Origin: a virus
DNA: 64,000 nucleotides
Reading direction: 5' to 3' (one strand)
IMG/VR virus record: IMGVR_UViG_3300010354_000044
Coordinates: 32,001-96,000 of that record
Notes under the pieces: model-generated
What the model was told of the DNA's origin: nothing
Database searches by the model: none
Seen by the model: only the letters and a program-made list of their open reading frames with translations
Made by a program: the position numbers and the translations under genes
Shown here: positions 11,301-20,633 of the stretch, piece after piece
Layout of the letters: the number at the start of each line of letters is the position of its first letter
How positions within the stretch are numbered: the first letter of the stretch is position 1

Positions 11301-14300
11301 CTATGTACGGACGATTCGGGGTCCATGGCGGTGACTTTGATGGTGACTCTTATCAGCTGATATTCGGATTTAGGGATATCCAAGAAAGCCTTGTCAAGGC
11401 TATTCAGCACCGCGATGCTATCCGTAATAGCCTGCTAAACCTACAGAGTCAATCTACTCTAAATTCAGATTACAATGTCGCTATTCAAGGTAGGATATCC
11501 AATCTACAGACAGCCCTTACCGCCAGCCAGCAGGACGTAGATAGGTTAATTACTGAGGTAGATAATCTAAGCACCATTACCGCCGACCGGGTTAAAGAGG
11601 GTATGCGTAGGCACGTAGCTGCTTTTACGGGTATTCCCTTGTCTTTGGCTCTAAAACCGGAATATTACAGCGATGAAGAAATCGCGTACATGATTGAACA
11701 GCAGCGAGGGGTTACTCCGGGTTTGACTGACGCCGGCGAGAAGTATGGCGATCAAATAACAAAGTTTACTCAGCTGTTTAACAGACTTAATCCAACCACT
11801 CTCGCTAGTGCCTCGGATGAGATTATTGATTCTGAAGCTAGCCGACTCAAGTTCAGCGCAGAGGAGCTTAGTCTCTTCAAGGAGTTTGCCCGCCAAGATA
11901 ATTTGTACGCGGACAATCTAACGGCTTCGGACCGTAACCGTTTATTTACCGAATCTATCACGTCTTATTTTAACCTGCACATGGGTTTATCTGAAGGGAA
12001 TAAATTTGCCCAGGCCGCCGCAGGTTCTGTATTGGATTTAGGAACCTTTGAGGTTCTCCAGACGGTAGTAGGTAATGTAGGGACATCCTTAATTGGTGAA
12101 GGCTATAACGCTATCACGACACTTATTGGCCGCAGTGTTCTAGCTAGAACTATGGGGCAGGCCTTAAATGACCCTACTACAAATATAGGCGAGGGAATCG
12201 TTCAAGCGCTGGATACCCTAAATACCAATAATACTTTAGACGATAATGTAACCCGTATCAAAGACTTATTTTCAGAAGGGCGATTAAAGCAAACGGCGGC
12301 GTTTGCCGAGTCCCGGGCCCAGCAGTTACAAATGAATTTAGGGCTTATCCAGCAAATCATCCGGGACTCGCTAAAGCCAAAACAAGAGGGAGGGACTATT
12401 GCGGCCATTGCGGAGCAGATGGGCGATGAAAGCTTTAAGACTAAGTTCCTTAACGAGCAAGATACGGACACGCGCATGGAGTTGTTGCGCAACTTCGTGT
12501 CCACCAGAGCGGTGACAACCATGGTTGGGAGTCAGACCTCTGGTAATACTTCCCTTATCAATACCTTCGGGGCTATCTTTTTATTAGCTGACTATACAAA
12601 GCTAGAGGACCCTACCTCTATGCTACGTAGTGATAGCCCTCGGTACGATACGCTGCGCCGCACCCAGCAACTATACAAATCAGCCGCAGAAGGGCTTGAC
12701 GTTAATCTTGAAAGTTTAGACGTTATCAGCCGCTTGAGACTCAAAGACAAAGAGTTTGTGGCCCGGATGGCGACAGATGAAGAATTTTTGGTACGTCAGA
12801 CAATAACTGATCTGATCAATACAGCGGTAGCTGAGGAGGCTTTCAATAAGTACTATGCTTATGGTCAAAGTGACGAATCTCTAATAAGCCGAGCTAACAT
12901 TGAGCGAGATAACTATATTAAAGCGTTATCCGACTCTAACCTTACAGGGGATAGCGGGCTGTACTTCAAGAACGAGCAGCACAGAGAAGCCGTCAGGAGA
13001 AGCCTCCATATAGATGGAAATACCGATGACTTTTTCTTTACGGCAGAGACGGCCCGGCAGTCCTTGTTAGACATAACTCTGGTGCGTAAAACCTTCCTGG
13101 GCATGACTGAGAGCGATGTAGAGTTCTCCCGGAAGGTCAATAGGGCCGGGTCCATTCTATCGCAGCCTGACATTAGTGCCAGTTTTGCCCCTTTTGCCAG
13201 TGCCCAGGCCGAGAACCTTGTAGCTATCCAACAATGGGCTAAGCGTGGTCGTATGGACGACCCTAGAGCCATGACTACATTTGAGATTGGTTCATCCGCA
13301 CGTTTATTTGACGCAATAGACCAGGTCCACCAGAATCTGACGGAGGAGTTTGGTTCTCTAGAAAACGCATTATCTAAACAGGAAGTATACGCAGCCTATT
13401 CTCAGATGGCCGAGCTCGCCGGCGTGTTTGATATTAGCAGGGAGGATAGTAATATTCTAAGCTTGGCGCTTCAGACAAGAGTTGAGGGCCGGCAGTCTAT
13501 ATTCTCAGAGTTAGCTAATTACAATGCCGGACTTGCTTATATGCAGGAACGTATTAACCAGCAACAGGATATTATTTCAAAAGGTACCTTAACTGATGCA
13601 GACGAAAGTCGGTTAAATACCCTTTACGCAGACCTAGAAGCTTTTGCCACCGGCTTAGATGCTAATGCCAATCAGAACGAGGCCTTCAGAGCTAAGGTAA
13701 GAGAGATTGGCGAGTTTCAGCGCTCCTTAAAAATGGACCAGGCTCAGCAGAGAAAGGCCACCTACGCCAATATTATTAATACAAAAATACATACACCTAC
13801 CTCCCTAGATGTTACTGGGTATGGGTTTAATAACACCTTGGAATTGTTTGCGGCCCCTATTATTGGGGCTGCGTTAATCCAAGGGGGACTTGACGAGCGG
13901 TTAGTCTCTGGGACTTACGATTTACTGCAGGGTCTGTCTACCGTTGAGGGTTCGGCCGGCAATGTAAGAGCACTAGAAGCTGACCGGTTATTTAGGTTGG
14001 CGCGCTTTAAAGAGCAAATGTTACAAGGGGAAAGTTTGCTTTTAGGTGCAACTCAAGCCCTAGCTGCCGAGACATTTTTCATGGGAACTGCGTCTTTAAT
14101 TGCCTCCAAATTACGTTCCCCCAACTCCCCCTCCCCTAACTCCCCTAACAATCGGCAGTCTGGTTTAAGTGGAATTATGGCCGAGGCAGTGGTTACAGCT
14201 GCTGCCTTGGCTTTTACTCGCCGGAACAACCAATATGGTATTGACGGAGAACCTTACCGAAATCTCGCTGCAGAGGCTCTATTACAGACAGCGGAAGCAA

Positions 14301-14509
14301 TAGAATCTAGCACCAGCGAATGGTTAGAACGTGCTATGGATATCCAGGTAGAAACGGAAGATCAAATTGTTACCTTTGATTTTGATCCTTCCATTGCCCC
14401 TAGTAGCTATGAAGAGCGTATTGTAACTGGCTGGATTGAGATGAGCATAGAAAACTCTGACGAATTTGCTAATGCTTATTATGAAACTGGGAATTATATT
14501 GATGGGTAA
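5354..14509 (+). CDS. Giant single-chain two-barrel RNA polymerase, probably virion-packaged and possibly tape-measure-fused
   Basis: GGDFDGD at 11333-11347, upstream VNRAGG, beta-like SLTKGP...IFAVMNPG at ~8490-8620; lies between tail chaperones and baseplate genes; hydrophobic helices near the C-terminus. Confidence 0.75.
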   Translation: MSLFPEYNIYGPDSLGRDVQRLIDSEADPESIARRQLTLPNLEAEREVAAFRLNYGEVHTKPGNRYNILGQKLYDPLPTAVEGRLATGNLQANITQDRTIQLRGLEVINTLNSGLGGTAAPALSNRQGSMANRFTKTTVFDSLVGPSDTNILRGLVNSPVFEEPVTVRPTTQDISNQLVFPTQQRTNYSSHLGAFAHKNVNEQGVQELYNSVVNLQNSLGNAITSIERQYAQQMVNGRIERVLVGVRVGIRNYNDLYDGLGLYSQASYPGVQRAHYFNFTVNRNNQVIETSTNRLITGSLISQNSGHISNMGGRNSAYNTVLGLLSSYARSAEIEAKYGVTHSLFNIMVARQDYSSLGRVFAEMLIQRDQSTIVNQGNKFRETLELLLSTTNNKGLSSIVENTVDRIARQGLDYYTTIGALLDKDVLEQQINKLYSYRKQQLLKAFEPITSHVGGINETFGLAVDTTLRNLNELVANDAEQFSIPINGRRVTIAGFEDLKMAALSLSPSEHAHYDFRKNQASSSILQLLMSPFLMPHETGFSGSQAAARLGFYHMVETRGGRNMYEIYPAVYRHGFGGTKPGEYIKLISAQSAKSSLFKYTSHLYNFTGAKKVVEFFETRTVFEGMPALRYSSLKEVREHLQSINYTSADEIIKNYKTRMHLGADEEDDTEILLLPFRKAEQISQRLKNLLGGRPMLELNTTFRQAILKQDKEALLNLFERNEFGDLYLSANALAGEVPANLNKIQYDRLILERNRIIKRLGYEGRALSDSEKLILSTELVKAMRAAELDIFDGGGFVQGRRTRRVAVAMGVNTLSDFMLVNNDYLQASSFGYMHVSNQKIAITHTLKTDKVGTIRQPDPLFDAKVNFIASAFRPGTIVYLQPKALENEKVKDSLSRLAAKLRSEYLAKNLDSRYLDAQVTQALLQSFPALDSVSFTDGELTTVMLKAGAYQFTNDSINFLGALEGSRIRLGLMNKGGRFNLTTGPSSEPGTEFFEIKVPGEVRKYTGGMLAVAGPTKAKPGQGGGLELEIPWLIETGIGGTSRSSSLTKGPWLMYDGAGFEAFGTAFKANSMLSHLQNDSIFAVMNPGVFKAYNYESGLSILRDTASRQSLLNLSSGDLSLILGIAFLQKNTDTRLRQALVNYLDSNSSSLAVSPYLRTLIQDKSFGSSAAKLENLLLTAPDLATLVDSPTLRDFGDKLAEQFESGTFDIQSRLEAIVNRALKGSTTIYEQIEGDVRGIRTFDERNFSVRSAGILADIIHTTQQTIDPSRTLGRITGSKPLTGLNFIDDQGRPNVRKFIDNRDFRAASLDMAQKLRVRSLLPNQSILESSLSQLREGDALYKDIENLLYVIHSSLMASPYIERAINLLPSRVLYPAGSEDAVGLEYHYSLSLSKKEFAALRGQGLDMERFTQAQAAYSTVVTHSGVNEISRRMEIISPFGVDPAQRNLGRIVSALIQNYNEISGKAQFIGNDNLSPLDAIVRSISAGDETELNSLMSRYQLINQAVRYHRGVGPSDQQSAVNLISAVNLITALNPSRLDLSQATDEQIRTLGALYNLRGDVTTIRQRLSELGPTLGRGLLYLDRSDNLFSERRLALSKAIITYSELRRNKGLTDLSYNLSPYAADVQSALVTSNVNSYNIGFLEFEQALNLVTDQSSGRLDVRYADNRSTKILNVASKLQANDAFVERLALNAAGTSTTDTFINSLQRIVAGTENILKFYGKETEQAQRALKLRSEVYDTKTLLLPAIETYTAGDGTIIKLAESDSNGKVQYTDTPVVQLGLDVLSQIPTRFESYINEVVERQQRIRELIPKFQEVVNQLQKGFISNASVSDISIIEEMQRLAYESQHDLESILTSVLQQNAENEKRKYPGVAFTAVADYLATPTEAFVGKRVTSTGLNQVVRDAKATLNSPELSKVEVEALQRIGQLTGYVNRAGGLSGASQSTNMLHDVKSQAILKERGQLENNQLQLSLQGNETALIVSMYGRFGVHGGDFDGDSYQLIFGFRDIQESLVKAIQHRDAIRNSLLNLQSQSTLNSDYNVAIQGRISNLQTALTASQQDVDRLITEVDNLSTITADRVKEGMRRHVAAFTGIPLSLALKPEYYSDEEIAYMIEQQRGVTPGLTDAGEKYGDQITKFTQLFNRLNPTTLASASDEIIDSEASRLKFSAEELSLFKEFARQDNLYADNLTASDRNRLFTESITSYFNLHMGLSEGNKFAQAAAGSVLDLGTFEVLQTVVGNVGTSLIGEGYNAITTLIGRSVLARTMGQALNDPTTNIGEGIVQALDTLNTNNTLDDNVTRIKDLFSEGRLKQTAAFAESRAQQLQMNLGLIQQIIRDSLKPKQEGGTIAAIAEQMGDESFKTKFLNEQDTDTRMELLRNFVSTRAVTTMVGSQTSGNTSLINTFGAIFLLADYTKLEDPTSMLRSDSPRYDTLRRTQQLYKSAAEGLDVNLESLDVISRLRLKDKEFVARMATDEEFLVRQTITDLINTAVAEEAFNKYYAYGQSDESLISRANIERDNYIKALSDSNLTGDSGLYFKNEQHREAVRRSLHIDGNTDDFFFTAETARQSLLDITLVRKTFLGMTESDVEFSRKVNRAGSILSQPDISASFAPFASAQAENLVAIQQWAKRGRMDDPRAMTTFEIGSSARLFDAIDQVHQNLTEEFGSLENALSKQEVYAAYSQMAELAGVFDISREDSNILSLALQTRVEGRQSIFSELANYNAGLAYMQERINQQQDIISKGTLTDADESRLNTLYADLEAFATGLDANANQNEAFRAKVREIGEFQRSLKMDQAQQRKATYANIINTKIHTPTSLDVTGYGFNNTLELFAAPIIGAALIQGGLDERLVSGTYDLLQGLSTVEGSAGNVRALEADRLFRLARFKEQMLQGESLLLGATQALAAETFFMGTASLIASKLRSPNSPSPNSPNNRQSGLSGIMAEAVVTAAALAFTRRNNQYGIDGEPYRNLAAEALLQTAEAIESSTSEWLERAMDIQVETEDQIVTFDFDPSIAPSSYEERIVTGWIEMSIENSDEFANAYYETGNYIDG

Positions 14510-14722
14510 ATGTCAGACCTAAATTATTGACTATACTATTTATTTATTACTTACTATTATCTATTTATTATGATTTGGTCTAGCACGTCTTGGCTTATTT
14601 TTGGCTTTACGTTATATCTCATGACTTTGAAATTATTCCTTTAGCCGAAGGCGGCTGTACGCTCGGCTTCTTTATTTGCAGATCGCATACTTTGCTTAAA
14701 TCCTCTTTGATAAAATGGGTTC

Positions 14723-15631
14723 ATGGTAAGAACTACATTTAGTGGGACTGCGCGGCAAATTACACGTTTTCTAAAGGATGGCGTGCATCTAATTGCTGTG
14801 GGTAATACCAACACAGCATTTAGTTCCGGGGCGTGGCCTATCAACACTAGCCCACCGCCAGTCCCAGTTAGCCTAGCATCATTAGAAAATATCTGTGGTT
14901 ACGTACCGCTAAAACGTGTAACTCCAGTAGTCGAGTATGCGGCGGGTAATCTAACCTTAGCAGACGGCTCTATATGGTTAGATTTTCCCTATTACACCGA
15001 AGACATTCTAATATCAGCAGCCTGTGACTCTGTCCTTGTTGAAGCTTCTATAGACCATAATGCTCTGCCGGTTGAGGTGGATAGGTATCACTCATTGGGT
15101 CTTTACGTTGGCTGTACGGTCAAGCAGCCAATAAACGAAGCTACAAAATTTATACCTAAGGACCAAGTCATAGGTTATTTGGATACAGCCTGGTACTTTC
15201 CAAAAGTTGTTAAGAATACTAACTATGTTCAAAACATCCAACTGATTAGAAAGTTTTCGTCTGTTCCTCGTGAGCAAGGGTTTAACCCTTATTTAGTTCA
15301 AGTAGATTCAGTAACTGACAGTAGTGTAACCTTATCAATCTCTACTACTCCGGCTAAGTTATACTCCATTGTTCTTCCAGCTAACTCTCCAGCTCCAACT
15401 GTTGCAGAAGTTATTAACGCTGCAAACTCATTAAGAGGTGTTTTCACAAGAACCACGACATTTGTAGGATTGGATAGTTTAACTCTATACGAGTTTTATA
15501 CGGTACTAGAAGATATTTACGGTAATTTGTCTACTTTACGAAAGAATACTGCGGCCACATCAAGGAGCCCAACGTTAGGGCTTCAATTATTTAGACCCGA
15601 AAACGCTATACAACTTGGGATGCCTATCTAA
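14723..15631 (+). CDS. Putative baseplate/tail structural protein
   Basis: LIAVGN...AWP N-terminus and FN3-like C-terminal segment; starts the structural cluster. Confidence 0.45.
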   Translation: MVRTTFSGTARQITRFLKDGVHLIAVGNTNTAFSSGAWPINTSPPPVPVSLASLENICGYVPLKRVTPVVEYAAGNLTLADGSIWLDFPYYTEDILISAACDSVLVEASIDHNALPVEVDRYHSLGLYVGCTVKQPINEATKFIPKDQVIGYLDTAWYFPKVVKNTNYVQNIQLIRKFSSVPREQGFNPYLVQVDSVTDSSVTLSISTTPAKLYSIVLPANSPAPTVAEVINAANSLRGVFTRTTTFVGLDSLTLYEFYTVLEDIYGNLSTLRKNTAATSRSPTLGLQLFRPENAIQLGMPI

Positions 15632-15632
15632 G

Positions 15633-16484
15633 ATGCCACTTAAAGGTAAAGACGGTTCACAGACCGACTATTTTATTAAGACAGAGAGTGATGTTTTTAA
15701 TAACAGTAATGACGGGGGTTCCGCGCCTACAGCGACGGCCACTATTGTTGCAAGTCCTGATCTAGGTCGGCAGAGTGATTCCGCAGCTACTAGCAATACT
15801 GGATCGTTTAGTATTGTCGCTCTACTAAAGCGTCTACTAGGGACTACCTTAGTAGACGTTTCTAGTAACCTTACATCGTTACGCTCAGGGGTTAATGATG
15901 ATCTAGGGCGGAGGGCTGATACAGCAGCCACAAGCAACACAGGAGAATTTAGTGTTGTGGCGCTTCTGAAGCGTCTGCTAAACACTACGCTGGCTGATGT
16001 GGCTACTAATGTATCCGCCTTGCGTACTGGCGTTAATAATGACCTTGGCCAAAGAAGCGACTCAGCAGCTACTACCAATACAGGAGAATTTAGTGTTATA
16101 TCCCTGTTAAAGCGGTTGTTAGATACAACCCTTAGTAATGTTTCTACCAATATTGCGGCATTACGTCTAGCTGTTAATAACGATAATAGGGTTCAGGCCC
16201 AAATCTTAGGCTCTATTCCCTTACCCATAACTGATAACGGCAGCAGTGTTACTGTAGATAATAATGGCACGTTTCCGGTACAGGTCAATAACCAAGTTAG
16301 TCTGAATGCTGTTTGGGGTATTCCAGCCTTTGATAGAATTGCACTAACTTACGACGGACAGAATAACGTCACGTCTATTACCTATGGTCGGGGCAATAAT
16401 ACCAATATAGCCACGCTGAGTATTACCTACAGTGGGGGGAACATCGCTACGATTATACGAAATCCTGCCCTAAGTAATCTGTAA
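15633..16484 (+). CDS. Virion fibre-like protein with three ~40-aa repeats
   Basis: DLG..D.AAT.NTG.FS...LLKRLL.TTL repeated three times; ATG at 15633. Confidence 0.55.
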   Translation: MPLKGKDGSQTDYFIKTESDVFNNSNDGGSAPTATATIVASPDLGRQSDSAATSNTGSFSIVALLKRLLGTTLVDVSSNLTSLRSGVNDDLGRRADTAATSNTGEFSVVALLKRLLNTTLADVATNVSALRTGVNNDLGQRSDSAATTNTGEFSVISLLKRLLDTTLSNVSTNIAALRLAVNNDNRVQAQILGSIPLPITDNGSSVTVDNNGTFPVQVNNQVSLNAVWGIPAFDRIALTYDGQNNVTSITYGRGNNTNIATLSITYSGGNIATIIRNPALSNL

Positions 16485-16532
16485 ATTCTAGAAAGTTATG
16501 CCATACATTATACTTGGGAGAGGGTAATTTAA

Positions 16533-17591
16533 ATGCCCGCAGGCTTCAATTTTATTACTGGCGATTTTACTGTAACCCCATCTATTGCACTTAATGACTT
16601 AAACCCTAGTCTAAGGGACAGGATTAAGTTATTTGGGGGTAGTGGGGGTCAAAACGGCACAACAGATTTTGTAGCTACCGCAGATACGACATTAGATCAA
16701 GGTTTTTACTTCTTTCGTAATTTTACAGTTACTGAATGTACAGTAACTATTAATAAATTTGCCTATATTTTCTGCACGGGTAATGTACTGATCAACCAAG
16801 GTCAATTGTTTGTAACCCCCGCCGCTCCTGGGGGTACACCTGGTTACCTGGACCTCGCAGCCGCAACTGGTGCCGCTTTCGGTGGTAGGCCGGGCTTCGG
16901 GGCAGGCACTACAGAAGTAGAAGTTATAAGCCAGCCTAGATACGGTGTTCCAGGTACTGCTTATCCTTGGACACTCCAGCCCTTCGGCAGCGGCGGCAGT
17001 GCTGGTTATGTGACCGGTACTAGTGGGGACGTGAGGGCGGGTAATGGCGGTGCTGGGGGTGGGGGCTTAATCATTGAGGCAATTGGCTCAATTACGATCA
17101 TTCCTGCAGCGGGTTTACCAGGGTCAAGGTCAGCGATCGCAGCTGATGGTGTAGCAGGCACTAATGGCTTTATTGGCGTAGGCGCCGTTGGTGCTGCTTC
17201 CGGTGGTGGGGGCGGTAGTGGCGGATTAGTTAAGTTGTCTAGTCTAACGTCTATCGTCTTTAATGCTGGCTCATCAGGCAATTTTTGCATCTCCGCTCAA
17301 GGTGCCGATGGCGGGGACGGAGTTGCTAGTGACGGACTTGATGCTGGCGGAGGTGGTGGCGGTGGCGGAGGATGGGTGCTACTAACCGCACCTAGCCTTA
17401 CGTTTAATGGAGCATCCAGGGTCCTCCCTGGGCTTATTGGTACTACAATTGGCACACTTGGTGCCAGTCCTGGTGGTGGCTACGGGGGCGCTTTTGGTGG
17501 CAATGGCGGGTCAAATACTGAAGCTACCAATCCAATTATTGATGCGGCCCGCGTCGGGCGGTATATTAGCCGTACTTGGAGAGAGTTTTAG
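16533..17591 (+). CDS. Glycine-rich tail fibre-like protein
   Basis: Repeated GGGGGSGG-LVxL motifs; GGGAGAGGG RBS upstream. Confidence 0.6.
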   Translation: MPAGFNFITGDFTVTPSIALNDLNPSLRDRIKLFGGSGGQNGTTDFVATADTTLDQGFYFFRNFTVTECTVTINKFAYIFCTGNVLINQGQLFVTPAAPGGTPGYLDLAAATGAAFGGRPGFGAGTTEVEVISQPRYGVPGTAYPWTLQPFGSGGSAGYVTGTSGDVRAGNGGAGGGGLIIEAIGSITIIPAAGLPGSRSAIAADGVAGTNGFIGVGAVGAASGGGGGSGGLVKLSSLTSIVFNAGSSGNFCISAQGADGGDGVASDGLDAGGGGGGGGGWVLLTAPSLTFNGASRVLPGLIGTTIGTLGASPGGGYGGAFGGNGGSNTEATNPIIDAARVGRYISRTWREF

Positions 17592-17593
17592 TA

Positions 17594-18097
17594 ATGCAAT
17601 ATTACGTTGACAGTAGCAGCGGTGCCGTTATTGGCGTTCACTACGGAGAGCCTGTAGAACCCCCTGACGGGTGGTTATTAATTGAAGGCCCCGACGGTAA
17701 CCCTACTGATGTCTTTTACGACGAGACGGGTATTCAGTTAAAGCCCGAGAAGCCTACCGTAACAGCTTATTGGCATAGTGAGCTTAAAGAGTGGCGGGAA
17801 CCGGAACCTCTGCCCGAACCTCCAAAACCTCCTAGCTGGGGTGGCTTCTATAAGGACTTCTTAACAACGGCAGCCTACTCAGTAATCCTAGAAGTATCCG
17901 CTCAGAGCTTAGAAGCCAACACAGTCTTTACTAACCTTAGTAACGCTTTGTTATTGGCCTCTCAAGGGTTTGCAAATATAAATGCCATTCAGTCTGCATT
18001 TGATTCTTTGTTATCTCTTACAGAATTTACAGAGGATGATAAGCTGGAGGTTCTGGACTTAGTTGAACAGCATTCTGTTAGCCTGAACGTTCAGTGA
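17594..18097 (+). CDS. Putative tail fibre assembly chaperone
   Basis: Follows the fibre gene; acidic, with P-x-P...W...W pattern; ATG at 17594. Confidence 0.5.
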   Translation: MQYYVDSSSGAVIGVHYGEPVEPPDGWLLIEGPDGNPTDVFYDETGIQLKPEKPTVTAYWHSELKEWREPEPLPEPPKPPSWGGFYKDFLTTAAYSVILEVSAQSLEANTVFTNLSNALLLASQGFANINAIQSAFDSLLSLTEFTEDDKLEVLDLVEQHSVSLNVQ

Positions 18098-18098
18098 G

Positions 18099-19712
18099 AT
18101 GGTGCTCTTTAATTTTGACTTAGGGCGGACCTTAGACGCATTAGATGTAGGGGCTAATAATCTACAGAAAATCCGAGATGCCTGGAATTTAAGTAGTCAA
18201 GAGGAGCGCGAAGCTACTGCGCAGAAGGCTATATTAGATGACCTGAGTCCGTTTCTTTCTCTAAATCCAGAGAATACACAGTCCGGGTTTTTATCTACTG
18301 AACTAATAAGCGGGCCAGCTAGTAACCGTATTTCACAGGCTATAGAGCAGCAGTTCTACCAACGTACTGATTATTTCTCTATCACTTACTATGACAAGTA
18401 TGTAGGAAAAGCCAGAAATTTTGCTTTTTCTTTGCTGCCTGCAATTGAAAATAGTATTAGGCCTAATATCCCGGGCCAGACAGTACCTGGTGTGATGCCG
18501 GGTATTATGATACATACCAAAATGAGGCACCGAGCGGTCCTTATACCTGGTGGGACTCCGGTCTATCAAAGCATAGGGCTTGAGGCTGTTGAAATAAGAT
18601 TATGTGGACTGTTTACCGGAAATGAAAATGCACTTGCGCCGAAAGGTAAATCAGCGCTATTTACGGACTCTCCAGAACTTAATGTCGTTAGTGGCTATGA
18701 TGTAGCGCAGTTCTTTCGGGAGAATATTGTTATACCTGGGACGCCGGTTGAATTAGATATCTTTGCGTCTAATGGTCACATAGATGTAACCGGAGACTCT
18801 TTATCTGAATTAGAACAGCGAGCAGGGTTAGTCCGCATCACCGGGACATTATTAATTAATGAGTTACGTACCTTCAGCGCTAGGGCCTCCCGGGATTACT
18901 ATTGTATTGATGGTTATCTAATTAACTATAAATTAGAGAAGCGCGCCGATCCAGAAGGTTCTGGAGCTGCTGCGGATATCAAGGCTTGTCTACAAAAAGC
19001 TGAAGAGTATAAAAAGAATAAGGCTTCGGCTAAAGAGGCTGCCAAGTCTCAAACTCAAGCCTTAGCAGGACCTGGGCTAGTAGTTTTACCAGAATCCGAA
19101 TACCGCCGGGCTTTAGATATCTACACCGCCGAGGTTAAAAGTGGCCCTGGCGCTCAGTTTCCAACCGTAGGTCGGGCTAAGCAGGGTGATAGCCTTCAGT
19201 TGACAGGTCGGCTTGATAATGGCTGGGCGGAGCTAGCGGACGGTAACTGGATACAAGCCACCTATGTGAAATTCAGTGCTCCGAATGTAGGTCCTGGTGT
19301 TATAGGAACAGGATCTACTCCTTTCCCGCCGTTTGACCCAAATTGCATGCGTATCCTTAAAAATGCGAATGTAGATGTGTCTCAGTTAAATAATGATTTA
19401 GAGGAACCTCTTGCAGAAAGGCCCCCAGCTAACGAGCTGGACGGAGATGGTAGCTCTAAAGTAATTAAAGGCGTAGGGCCTTTTAGTCTGAACGTCATGA
19501 AAAGCGGGCTTGACTCTAATCAAGTTTCGGAGCAGTTAAAGCGCTTAGGGACCGAGGCTGGATTAATAAAGGTTATTTCTGGCCAAAGTGTCTCAGTAGG
19601 TCCATTAGATAATACAACCGCCAACCTATTGTATGGCCGGTATAAAGAAGCACAGTTCACTATTTATACCTACACTAGTGAACCTGGCGGTACCCCTTCA
19701 GCTGCGCGGTAA
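18099..19712 (+). CDS. Tail/baseplate-associated protein with SH3b-like domain
   Basis: EVKSGPGAQFPTVG...GWAELADGNWIQATYV is a bacterial SH3 signature. Confidence 0.55.
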   Translation: MVLFNFDLGRTLDALDVGANNLQKIRDAWNLSSQEEREATAQKAILDDLSPFLSLNPENTQSGFLSTELISGPASNRISQAIEQQFYQRTDYFSITYYDKYVGKARNFAFSLLPAIENSIRPNIPGQTVPGVMPGIMIHTKMRHRAVLIPGGTPVYQSIGLEAVEIRLCGLFTGNENALAPKGKSALFTDSPELNVVSGYDVAQFFRENIVIPGTPVELDIFASNGHIDVTGDSLSELEQRAGLVRITGTLLINELRTFSARASRDYYCIDGYLINYKLEKRADPEGSGAAADIKACLQKAEEYKKNKASAKEAAKSQTQALAGPGLVVLPESEYRRALDIYTAEVKSGPGAQFPTVGRAKQGDSLQLTGRLDNGWAELADGNWIQATYVKFSAPNVGPGVIGTGSTPFPPFDPNCMRILKNANVDVSQLNNDLEEPLAERPPANELDGDGSSKVIKGVGPFSLNVMKSGLDSNQVSEQLKRLGTEAGLIKVISGQSVSVGPLDNTTANLLYGRYKEAQFTIYTYTSEPGGTPSAAR

Positions 19713-19715
19713 GTT

Positions 19716-20633
19716 ATGGTCCCAATTGAGCTGCAGAACCATCTATCTACTATCGGGGCCCAGTTTGGAGGGTTTGATACGATCGCTGAGCTTCTGCCGG
19801 CCTCCGATATTTACTACCTATCTACCTTCCCCGGGTCATTCTTTGTCGTAACACCGTGGACTATTAACCTAGAAGGTTATAAAGTTGATTTCTCCTATGC
19901 CGGACATTTGGCAGGTAGACCTTACAAGGTATTCAATAAAGAGTTTATCTATCTACACAGTAATACTAGCTTAATCTTTGAGGGTACAGAAGCTGAAGCT
20001 CTGTTAGCCTCAGCGTACCATGGCGAGTATTTTCATATACAACTGGCAACTAAGAATGGGCTTGAACTTGTTATCCTATGGGTTTGTAAAAGAGTCGCGC
20101 CTGTTGTAATTGATAATACATTACGCCAGTTACGCAACCAAATTAAACCCGTTGTAGAGCAGCCGCATCAACTTATTCTTGATTGCCGGGGTCTAAGTCT
20201 TTCTATTTACATTGGTTACGGCAATAATCTTACTGTTCAGGACTTAATTGTAAATGGCCAGATAGTTGAGGTCTCAGACCGTATTATACGGTTAACACCT
20301 ACTCAGTCTACCTGGTATGGATTTAAGTCTGAAGATATTTGGTACACAGTTACCCTAAGTGGCGACCAAGCTGACCGTTGGCGGCAGATTGGTGAGCTAC
20401 ATTATTTCAAAGCTACTAATAGTTATATCCCTAGGGTTGATACCCTAACTACCCGAAATTTCTCACTAGCCAAATTGGGGCGGGCAAATTTATACGGTAG
20501 ACCTAAGGCTATTGAATACATCCGAGGCCAGTCGTATGTTATTTGTAGAGTAAACTACGAGCCTGAGTTCATTAACTTAAACTTTGACTTTTCTATACCG
20601 TATAGTTCTATTATGTTTAAACAGTACATGTAA
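19716..20633 (+). CDS. Hypothetical protein in the structural cluster
   Basis: Long ORF tightly coupled to its neighbours. Confidence 0.5.
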   Translation: MVPIELQNHLSTIGAQFGGFDTIAELLPASDIYYLSTFPGSFFVVTPWTINLEGYKVDFSYAGHLAGRPYKVFNKEFIYLHSNTSLIFEGTEAEALLASAYHGEYFHIQLATKNGLELVILWVCKRVAPVVIDNTLRQLRNQIKPVVEQPHQLILDCRGLSLSIYIGYGNNLTVQDLIVNGQIVEVSDRIIRLTPTQSTWYGFKSEDIWYTVTLSGDQADRWRQIGELHYFKATNSYIPRVDTLTTRNFSLAKLGRANLYGRPKAIEYIRGQSYVICRVNYEPEFINLNFDFSIPYSSIMFKQYM

